Shown: piece by piece, positions 1-6,806 of the stretch
Layout of the letters: each line of letters opens with the position of its first letter
Position numbering within the stretch: the first letter of the stretch is position 1
NCBI GenBank assembly: GCA_964591795.1
Contig: CAZQEL010000001.1
Span: 1 to 32,000 of the forward strand
DNA length: 32,000 bases
DNA from: an uncultured archaeon
Lineage (GTDB): Archaea; Iainarchaeota; Iainarchaeia; Iainarchaeales; CSSED10-239
Direction of reading: 5' to 3'
Position numbers and translations under genes: made by a program
The notes under the pieces: model-generated
The model's input: the letters and a program-made list of their open reading frames with translations, nothing else
What the model was told of the DNA's origin: nothing
Databases searched by the model: none

Positions 1-37
1 ATAATCAATTTTATTTTTTTATAAAATAAAAAAAATT

Positions 38-1303
38 TTATTTCTTTTTATTTTTAACTTTTGACTTAACATTTTTTTTTCTTACTTTATAAGCAAAAAA
101 TACAATTACACCTAATAAAACTATTAACAGTATATATATAAAAAGACTATTTTTAGATTTAGGCATATTAACAACATCAATTATTATTGAATCATCATCA
201 ATAAAAACAGTGTCATCTGAAACAGATCTAATTTCAACATTTAATTTATATTTTTTAGAAACTGCTGCAGGATTAACATCAAAACTTATAACCGCTTCAC
301 CTTTTTCATTAACTTCAATGTTTCCTATAAAATCAGACTTTTCAACTAAATCAAAGGGATGAGATGAGTCTTTTAAAACTCTAAGTGATACTGATTTAGC
401 TTCTTTTGCACCAATATTTTCAATAAGCATTTTAATTTTAACATTACTACCAGCATAAATTACGTTTTCTTCATTTAAAACTTCTTGTCCTATAATTTTT
501 AAATAAGGTTTTTCTTTTATAGGTATAGTTAAATATAATATTTTAGTTTTGTAATCACTATTATCAGCTTCAGTATCTTTGTAACTAACAGTAACTTTTG
601 CAAGATATTCTTTAGCTATAACTTTTTTATCTATATCTAAATAAATAGTTGCAATTTTACTTTGAGCTGTATTAATTGTACCTAAATTAACTCTATTAGA
701 ATATGCATAGGTAGAATTAAAACCATCTGGAAGTTCAACATCTAAAATTACATTTTCAGAATCGCCTTTACCAATATTTTGTAATTCAATATCTATTTTT
801 GATTCATCAGTTCCACTTAATAATTTTCTTGGAATTGTGATTAAATTTCCAAATACAAAATTAGGTTCTTTTTTTTCATCAACTCTAATAGTAAATTTTT
901 GAACATTCCAAATATTTAAATCATTATAATTATATTTAAGTTCAATTTCATAATCTCCTTTAATTGCATCATCAGAAACTAAAATTTTATAATATAAAGT
1001 ATAATACCAATCATCTCCTGATTGACCTTTAAGTAATGCAAGATTTCTTATAGGTGTATCTGAAGAATCAAAATAAAATGGATGATCTACATTTAATTTA
1101 AATTGTATATTTTCAGCATTTAAATTACCAGTTTTAAAAACATTAAACCTTAATTCTAAATAATCTCCAGGTACTGCAGAATCTGGATTTTGATTTAACA
1201 AATTAGCAGTTAATTTAACAGAGTCAACATTACTTGCTAAAACTGAAGTAACACTTAACAGAATTGCAAACAATGTAAATAAAAACCAAATTTTTGTATT
1301 CAT
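38..1303 (-). CDS. Cell-surface (S-layer-like) protein with three CARDB/COG1361-type beta-sandwich repeats, signal peptide and C-terminal membrane anchor
   Basis: 421-aa ORF. The N-terminus looks like a signal peptide (MNTKIWFLFTLFAILLSVTSVLAS). Three ~110-120-aa segments carry CARDB-like signatures (VPGDYLELRFNVFKTGNLNAENIQFKL; KIDIELQNIGKGDSENVILDVELPDGF; NVKIKMLIENIGAKEAKSVSLRVL). A C-terminal TM helix (LFIYILLIVLLGVIVFFAY) is followed by a Lys-rich tail. A GGTGA SD lies just upstream of the ATG. Confidence 0.6.
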   Translation of the reverse strand: MNTKIWFLFTLFAILLSVTSVLASNVDSVKLTANLLNQNPDSAVPGDYLELRFNVFKTGNLNAENIQFKLNVDHPFYFDSSDTPIRNLALLKGQSGDDWYYTLYYKILVSDDAIKGDYEIELKYNYNDLNIWNVQKFTIRVDEKKEPNFVFGNLITIPRKLLSGTDESKIDIELQNIGKGDSENVILDVELPDGFNSTYAYSNRVNLGTINTAQSKIATIYLDIDKKVIAKEYLAKVTVSYKDTEADNSDYKTKILYLTIPIKEKPYLKIIGQEVLNEENVIYAGSNVKIKMLIENIGAKEAKSVSLRVLKDSSHPFDLVEKSDFIGNIEVNEKGEAVISFDVNPAAVSKKYKLNVEIRSVSDDTVFIDDDSIIIDVVNMPKSKNSLFIYILLIVLLGVIVFFAYKVRKKNVKSKVKNKKK

Positions 1304-1326
1304 AATAATTTCACCTTTTTTTTAAA

Positions 1327-2553
1327 TTATTTTTTATTTTTTATTTTTTTTAAATATAAAATCCATTTTTCAAAAACAACTAATATTGCTGGAACAAAAG
1401 TTATTGCTGCAAGAAAACATGCTGCAACACCATAACTCATAATTGCACCTAAATCTTTTAAAAGAGTTAATTCACCCATACCCATTGCTTTAAAACCAAT
1501 TAAAGTTGCAATGGTAGTAGTTGCCATTGGTATAAAAACATTATATAATGTATTTTCCATAGCTTTTTCAGGAGTCTTATTCTTAATTTCATGTTTAAAT
1601 CTCATAACTGTTTGAATACCAAAATCAATTCCAATTCCCATAATCATTGATATAACACCAGAAGTTATTGAAGAAAGTCCAATTTTTGTAAGTCCAAGAT
1701 ATCCAAAAGTCCAAATAATTCCAATAATTATTGTAGATAATGGAATTAATCCAAATCTCATTGATCCAAATATTTTGATTAATTTAACCTTTAAAACTTC
1801 ATCTTTTCTTTTAAAAGAACTAATCATTTCACCTACAACAAAAATTAAAATTAAAATAACAATTATACCATATATTGAATAACTACTTGTTTTTTGCATA
1901 TCAGGACCAATTTCTCTATCAACTATCGGGCCAGTAGCAACCTCACCTGCAACTTTTACAGTTATACCTATATGTGGTTTATTTACAATATTAATAATTT
2001 CTTCAATATTAAAAACTAATTTTTCAGCATCAGCTTCAATAAAATTATCTGTTAATGATATTCTAATTAAGGACATTGTATAATCATTACTTATATATCT
2101 TTCAAATGAAGAATTATTAAAAATAATTGAATTAATTTCAGTATTTGATTTTGGAATGATATCTTCATTTACTTGCCTTATACCACTTGATAAACTATCT
2201 ACAGTATTAATATAATCATTATTTTTTAGATAATTAGTTAAAATATCCATATACTTAATAGATTCATAGTCTCTTAAATCATAAATTTTATTATATCCTG
2301 AAAAATCATCATCTATTTGTATAGCAATTAATATACTTGATGGATTTCCAAAAGTATCTTCTAAAAGATTAAAAGCTTTAACAACTTCATAATTATCAGG
2401 TATCATTTTTGAAGTATCAAAACTTTCATAAACTATTTTAGTTGAAAAAAATGCAGCAATTAATATAACAATAACAACACCTAAAATAACCCAATAAGGA
2501 TTATGAGAAATAAATTTAGAATATGCCTTAAGAGGTTTATCATACCAACTCAT
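1327..2553 (-). CDS. RND/MMPL-superfamily exporter, half-size subunit (second of two)
   Basis: 408-aa ORF with 1 TM, a ~190-aa extracytoplasmic loop and 5 TM. The TM4-like motif is GIGIDFGIQ (RND proton-relay Asp). Its ATG overlaps the upstream gene's TGA (ATGA at 2550-2553). Confidence 0.7.
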   Translation of the reverse strand: MSWYDKPLKAYSKFISHNPYWVILGVVIVILIAAFFSTKIVYESFDTSKMIPDNYEVVKAFNLLEDTFGNPSSILIAIQIDDDFSGYNKIYDLRDYESIKYMDILTNYLKNNDYINTVDSLSSGIRQVNEDIIPKSNTEINSIIFNNSSFERYISNDYTMSLIRISLTDNFIEADAEKLVFNIEEIINIVNKPHIGITVKVAGEVATGPIVDREIGPDMQKTSSYSIYGIIVILILIFVVGEMISSFKRKDEVLKVKLIKIFGSMRFGLIPLSTIIIGIIWTFGYLGLTKIGLSSITSGVISMIMGIGIDFGIQTVMRFKHEIKNKTPEKAMENTLYNVFIPMATTTIATLIGFKAMGMGELTLLKDLGAIMSYGVAACFLAAITFVPAILVVFEKWILYLKKIKNKK

Positions 2554-3737
2554 TTTGAAAACCTCTCATTTTTTTCATTAACATTTTTATAAGTATCATG
2601 CATTTTTTTAACAAACCAATAATTAAAATCTTCAAATAAAATAATTAAACTTGGAGAAATAAAAACTGCAATAAACAAACTAAATCCAATTCCAATAGCA
2701 AGAGAATTACCTAAATCTTTTAAAACTGGCATAACTGAAAAAGTAAGAGCTAAAAAACCAACAATAGTTGTTAAACCCGATCCTAAGATAGCAGAACCAA
2801 TAGATGGAACAGTTGCTTTTAATGATTCCTCTTGAGTTAAACCTTTTTTTCTTTCTTCTCTATACCTTGCACTCATAAAGACTCCATATTCAACACCAAG
2901 GCCTAAAATCATAGCACCAATACCCACAGTTGCAACAGAAAGCTTAATACCTAGCCATCCCATAGTCCCCATAGTCCAAATTACACCTAAGAAAATAGGT
3001 GAGAAAACTAAAACACCTCTAACAAAAGAAGCTTCAGTAATAAAAAGTAAAAGCAAAATAACAATTATTGCATAAATTAAAGTTTTAATAGCATCTTTAC
3101 CTAAAATATCTAAAACAGTAACACCAACTGGTGCTGAACCAGTAACCATTATATTAATACCAGTAGGTTTGTTTACAAGTTTAATTTTCTCATTAATCAT
3201 TTCAATTAAAGCCATAGTTTTATCTTGGCTACCTGAAAGATCAGAAGTAACATATAAAATAGTTGTTGTATAATCCTTACTGAAAAAATCATTAACACCT
3301 GGAACTAAATTAATAGCATTTTTAACATCATCATCAGTATTTAAACTAAACATACTTAAAAAAGTCGCTGGAGAAAATACAGAATTAACTTGACTTTCCT
3401 CTTTAAATTGCTTTTCAAGATCTTTTAAATAATTTATAACCTCAACATTTCTTATATCATTTTCTGAAAATTTAAAATTAGACTTAGTATCATACTTAAG
3501 AATTATTACAACAACGTCAGAACCACCAAATTTATCAGTAATTTTATCATTAAGTTTAAATATTTCAAGTCCACTAGGAGACATTTTTGAAAAATCAGTT
3601 TCCATTTTTATTTTTGGAACACCAAATACAAAGAATAAAGTTATTAATATAGTAATAATAATTATAAAATATTTATGTCTGTTTTGAAATACAGCAGTAT
3701 TTTCTAAAAAGTTTTCAAAAAAAGTCATACTTAACAC
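2550..3737 (-). CDS. RND/MMPL-superfamily exporter, half-size subunit (first of two)
   Basis: 395-aa ORF with the same 1+loop+5 TM layout. The TM4-like motif is GLGVEYGVF. The ORF-track start at 3737 is a GTG; an in-frame ATG at 3728 (MTFFENF) is an equally plausible start. Confidence 0.7.
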   Translation of the reverse strand: MLSMTFFENFLENTAVFQNRHKYFIIIITILITLFFVFGVPKIKMETDFSKMSPSGLEIFKLNDKITDKFGGSDVVVIILKYDTKSNFKFSENDIRNVEVINYLKDLEKQFKEESQVNSVFSPATFLSMFSLNTDDDVKNAINLVPGVNDFFSKDYTTTILYVTSDLSGSQDKTMALIEMINEKIKLVNKPTGINIMVTGSAPVGVTVLDILGKDAIKTLIYAIIVILLLLFITEASFVRGVLVFSPIFLGVIWTMGTMGWLGIKLSVATVGIGAMILGLGVEYGVFMSARYREERKKGLTQEESLKATVPSIGSAILGSGLTTIVGFLALTFSVMPVLKDLGNSLAIGIGFSLFIAVFISPSLIILFEDFNYWFVKKMHDTYKNVNEKNERFSK

Positions 3738-3767
3738 TACTTACTTTTGTTTATTAAAAAAATAAAA

Positions 3768-4121
3768 TTAAACTGATTTAATTATAATAACTTTCTCAGT
3801 TTTTTCTCTTAATGAATCATAATTTAAATAATGTTCATTAACTTTAATCATTATTTTATTATCACCAGGCTTTATACCTTGGAAAGGATAAATTTCTAAT
3901 TTTTCAGAAATTATTTGATTTGCTTTAATTTCACCAAATCTAAAAGAAATTGATTTTTTAAGTCCGCTTTTATCTAAAGAAATGGAATTATCTAAAACAA
4001 TATCACAACTAATTAATTTTGCCTCAAGACCCATATTTTTAATTTGAATAGTTAATTCAACAGGTTTTTTTTCAGAAATATTTAATCTAAATGGAAATAG
4101 AGAAGTTATAATATTTATCAT
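3768..4121 (-). CDS. Small single-domain CARDB-like beta-sandwich protein with no signal peptide; first gene of the envelope operon
   Basis: 117-aa ORF with a CARDB-like signature (KKPVELTIQIKNMGLEAKLISCDIVLD). A GGTGATG SD lies upstream of the ATG, and a TTTAAATATA box sits ~54 nt upstream. Confidence 0.5.
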   Translation of the reverse strand: MINIITSLFPFRLNISEKKPVELTIQIKNMGLEAKLISCDIVLDNSISLDKSGLKKSISFRFGEIKANQIISEKLEIYPFQGIKPGDNKIMIKVNEHYLNYDSLREKTEKVIIIKSV

Positions 4122-4170
4122 CTAACATCACCTTAATAATATTTTTATATACTATATATATATAGTTAAA

Positions 4171-4180
4171 TATATTTAAA
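4171..4180 (-). promoter_or_regulatory. Archaeal TATA box (TTTAAATATA) for the envelope operon
   Basis: Matches the archaeal box A consensus TTTAWATA. It lies ~54 nt upstream of the ATG at 4121, which leaves room for a short leader carrying the GGTGATG SD. Confidence 0.4.
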
Positions 4181-4227
4181 AAACTATTGGATAATTAACA
4201 TTTATAGACAAAAAAAGAGGGGAAAAC

Positions 4228-5007
4228 ATGAAATTTTTATTAATTAATTCAACTAAAGACATTGCAGCTAATAATTTAACAGAAGAACTATTTAAATCAT
4301 ATAATTTTACTGAAATTAAACCAAATTTATATAAATTACAAATTGATGCTTTAAATGAAATATATTTAAAAAAAATTAATGACATACACATACATACAAA
4401 AAAAGAAAATATATGTAATGATGAAATTGATTTTGACCAAATTATATTTTTATCAAGACATTCAACTTTATCTAAAACAAAATCAAAATGTATGACTGTC
4501 CATGCAATTGGTAATTGGGGAATTGCAGAACTTGGAGGAAATGATTTTACAATTGTAAAAACAGATCCCATATTAATAAGGAGTTTACTTTTAAATTTAA
4601 AAGAAAATAAAAATCCAGAAATAAAACAATACGAAGTAAAACAAGAAGCAACCCATCATGGCCCTTATCTTGAAATACCAACTATTTTTTATGAAATTGG
4701 ATCTATTGATAATGATTGGAAAAATAAGGATGTTTCAAAATATATGATAAGAATTTTAATTGACACTATTAAAAATTATAATAAGAAAAAAATTATACTC
4801 GAACAAAACTGGATTGAAACAGTAGGAGTTGGAGGAAGTCATTATTGTACTAGATTTAATAAACTTACCTTTAATAGAAATAAAAAATATTGTTTTGGAC
4901 ATGTAGTTCCTAGTTATGCAATAAAAAATATTACTCCAGAAATATTAGAAGATGCTAAAAACAAAAGTAATTCTAAAAAAATAATATATGAAGAAGATAT
5001 TATATAA
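4228..5007 (+). CDS. dtdA: D-aminoacyl-tRNA deacylase, archaeal type (DTD2)
   Basis: 259-aa ORF. It is collinear with remembered Pyrococcus DTD2 motifs: SRHS, HAIGNWG..ELGG, EATHHGP, FYEIGS, VGVGGSHY and FGHVVPSYA. A GAGGGG SD lies upstream. Confidence 0.8.
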   Translation: MKFLLINSTKDIAANNLTEELFKSYNFTEIKPNLYKLQIDALNEIYLKKINDIHIHTKKENICNDEIDFDQIIFLSRHSTLSKTKSKCMTVHAIGNWGIAELGGNDFTIVKTDPILIRSLLLNLKENKNPEIKQYEVKQEATHHGPYLEIPTIFYEIGSIDNDWKNKDVSKYMIRILIDTIKNYNKKKIILEQNWIETVGVGGSHYCTRFNKLTFNRNKKYCFGHVVPSYAIKNITPEILEDAKNKSNSKKIIYEEDII

Positions 5008-5021
5008 CTACTTTATATAAT
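4999..5021. terminator. Shared hairpin between the convergent dtdA and DXR-like genes
   Basis: ATTATATAA-CTACT-TTATATAAT is a 9-bp inverted repeat containing both stop codons (TAA at 5005-5007 on the plus strand; TAG at 5008-5010 on the minus strand). Confidence 0.3.
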
Positions 5022-6129
5022 AATCTTCTAAATTACTTTTAATTTTTTGTTCAATTGCACAAACTGAACTTAAATCAGGATATTTATCAAATAAAGATTT
5101 ATCATCTATAATTTTTTTAAGCAAATCATAAATTTTAACCTTTTCTTTAAGTTTTCGATTATATATTAAATTAAGTATAGTTTCAATTGCAATATAATAT
5201 ACAATAGGATAGGAACCACCCTTTTCAATTGCATATAACCCAAGTTCTAAAAATTTTTCTTTACTTAAATCTATTTTTGAAAATGAAATTGAAAATTTTT
5301 TTTGTTTATTAAAAATATCTGATTTTAATTTCATACCAGAATTTAAGAAATAATAATTAAATATACTTTCAAGATTTAAATTTGCTGCAAAAATAACACT
5401 TGTACCATTTATAAAATTAACATCAATATTTGCAAATCTATCTGTTTGTTCATAAAATAAAAAACTATTAGGATGTATATTATAAATATAATTAATTAAA
5501 AATAAATCATTAACAAGCCTGATTTTGTTTAAAGAATAAAATTTTTTAAGATATGACACATAATTTGTATGTTCATTAATACTTATAGCTTTAGAAGTCA
5601 CTTTTTGAGAAAAAAGATTAATTGTATTTATTTTATTAACTGGATTTGATTTTAATAAAAAATCAAGTGAATAAATTGGGTATGAAAATAATTTCAACTT
5701 GATTCCTTTTGATTTTGCTTCATTTACAATTATTTTTCCAGAATATAATAAAGGAGAAGTATTTAATAAAGTAATATCTTTAAATTCATAAATTGCAGAT
5801 AATATTTTTTTAACACTTATAATTCCAGATAATGAAGAAACTACCTCGTCAATCTGATTAGATTTTATAAAATTAGAAAAATTTTCAGCACCACTAAAAA
5901 TATCTACTTTAACTTTTGATTCTATATAGTTAATATCTTTTTTTTCACTTAAAAATATTCTTTTTGGTTTAACCCGATTTACTTGAGTTATAAACAAATC
6001 TAAGTTATCTATTTTAGAATCATAGGATAACCCAAAAATTATAAATTTATTTGAATTATTTAAAAAAAAATCTAAAGCTTCATTACCAAGATCATTATTA
6101 GAACCCAAAATCACTATATTCTTTTTCAT
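5008..6129 (-). CDS. DXR (1-deoxy-D-xylulose-5-phosphate reductoisomerase)-like protein with degenerate cofactor and metal motifs; probably not a functional Dxr
   Basis: 373-aa ORF, collinear with E. coli Dxr as remembered. [20 protein letters not shown] aligns with [55 protein letters not shown] aligns with [59 protein letters not shown] aligns with CLKLAMEAFEQGQ..NAANEITVAAF. The motifs GSTGSIG, LANKES, PVDSEH, GSGGPF, NKGLE and HPQS are all replaced. Confidence 0.5.
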   Translation of the reverse strand: [373 protein letters not shown]

Positions 6130-6154
6130 AACATATATACAAAGAATATTAAAG

Positions 6155-6162
6155 TATTTAAA
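6155..6162 (-). promoter_or_regulatory. TATA box (TTTAAATA) upstream of the DXR-like gene; spacing suggests a leaderless or very short leader mRNA
   Basis: It lies 26-33 nt upstream of the ATG at 6129, and no SD is visible. Confidence 0.3.
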
Positions 6163-6176
6163 TGTATTTTTTTAAT

Positions 6177-6216
6177 AAAAAATAGAAAAAATAAGTCTTA
6201 TTTAAAAAAAGACTTA
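6177..6216 (-). terminator. Hairpin plus T-run downstream of the basic-protein gene
   Basis: An 8-bp stem (TAAGTCTT / AAGACTTA at 6192-6199 and 6209-6216) is followed on the transcribed strand by TTTTTTCTATTTTT. Confidence 0.4.
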
Positions 6217-6241
6217 CTTTACAATTAAGAATTTAACAAAA

Positions 6242-6454
6242 TTATCTTTTCTTTGCAGATGCTTTTTTCTTAATAACTTTTCTAGCAGGTGCTTTTTTCT
6301 TAATAACTTTTCTAGCAGGTGCTTTTTTCTTAACAACTACTTTTCTAGCAGGTGCTTTTCTCTTAACAACTTTTCTAGCAGGTGCTTTTCTCTTAACAAC
6401 TACTTTTCTAGCAGATGTTTTTTTCTTAACAACTACTTTCTTTTTTACAGCCAT
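6242..6454 (-). CDS. Highly basic repeat protein (KKAPARKVV-type repeats); putative histone-H1-tail-like nucleic-acid-binding protein
   Basis: 70 aa counted from the ATG at 6454 (MAVKKK...), which is preceded by GGAGGG (cctcc at 6461-6465). The ORF-track start at 6478 is a TTG. The protein has 26 K and 8 R out of 70 residues and no acidic residues. It contains five or six copies of K(K/R)KAPARKV(V/I)(V). Confidence 0.65.
   Translation of the reverse strand: MAVKKKVVVKKKTSARKVVVKRKAPARKVVKRKAPARKVVVKKKAPARKVIKKKAPARKVIKKKASAKKR
6261..6416 (-). repeat. In-frame tandem repeat, period 30/33 nt, five units inside the basic-protein CDS
   Basis: Units at 6261-6290 and 6291-6320 are identical (gcttttttcttaataacttttctagcaggt). 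The following units at 6321-6353, 6354-6383 and 6384-6416 differ by a 3-nt indel (tac) and a few substitutions. Confidence 0.9.
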
Positions 6455-6520
6455 GTTTTCCCTCCGATTTTTCTGCAAAAGCAGAATAATAAAATATAAT
6501 AAAATAAATATATGTAAACA

Positions 6521-6528
6521 TTTATAAA
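6521..6528 (-). promoter_or_regulatory. TATA box (TTTATAAA) upstream of the basic repeat protein gene
   Basis: It lies ~70 nt upstream of the ATG at 6454. AT-rich context makes this call weak. Confidence 0.25.
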
Positions 6529-6770
6529 TGCTACATATTTAATATTTTGAAGATAAATTTCTTAAAAAAATAATTGTCCAAAAAATAAATCAACCACTTA
6601 CCTCTAAACAATTATAAATTAAGGAGTTAGAACCAGCACACCAAAAAATGAGTTTAAATTAAAGTCAAAAATAATAAATTCAGGTTATATATTAAAAAAT
6701 AAATAAATAAATAAAAAAAGAGTTTTGTTTTTTAGTCCAAGAAATAATGAAACTAAAAAATAAACTTATT

Positions 6771-6806
6771 CGAAAAAAAATAAAGAAAATGGATTAATTA
6801 ATCCAT
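6771..6806 (-). terminator. Stop-codon-embedded palindrome plus T-run after fusA
   Basis: ATGGATTAATTAATCCAT (6789-6806) is a perfect 18-nt palindrome that includes the fusA TAA. It is followed on the transcript by TTTCTTTATTTTTTTT. Confidence 0.4.

Noticed and set aside
4176-4571. 131-aa minus-strand ORF overlapping the start of dtdA
   Set aside because: It is antisense to a well-supported DTD2 gene. Its Phe/Ile/Ser-rich composition is typical of the mirror image of Lys/Asn/Glu-rich coding sequence. It has no SD and no motif.
5008-6129. Annotating the 373-aa ORF as a functional Dxr (MEP pathway enzyme)
   Set aside because: The glycine-rich NADPH loop and the metal and substrate motifs (DSEH, NKGLE, HPQS, GSGGPF) are not conserved by eye. 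No other MEP genes are nearby, and the host is archaeal.
6261-6416. Possible CRISPR array or minisatellite suggested by the 30/33-nt tandem repeats
   Set aside because: The units are directly abutting with no spacers. Their lengths are multiples of three and they translate in frame into KKAPARKV repeats of a CDS with an SD and a terminator. No cas genes are present in the window.
6478-6478. Extended non-ATG starts given by the ORF track (6478 TTG, 15400 TTG, 16128 TTG, 30265 TTG, 3737 GTG)
   Set aside because: In each case an in-frame ATG lies 3-8 codons downstream. For 6454 and 15388 that ATG is preceded by a clear GGAGG or GGTG SD. The ATG starts were preferred, except at 3737/3728, where the choice is left open.
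6580-6660. Slightly GC-richer stretch between fusA and the basic-protein gene as a possible tRNA fragment or C/D-box sRNA
   Set aside because: I could not fold a cloverleaf or find a T-arm pairing. No RUGAUGA/CUGA box pair is present. The AAGGAG there is followed only by a 4-codon ORF.
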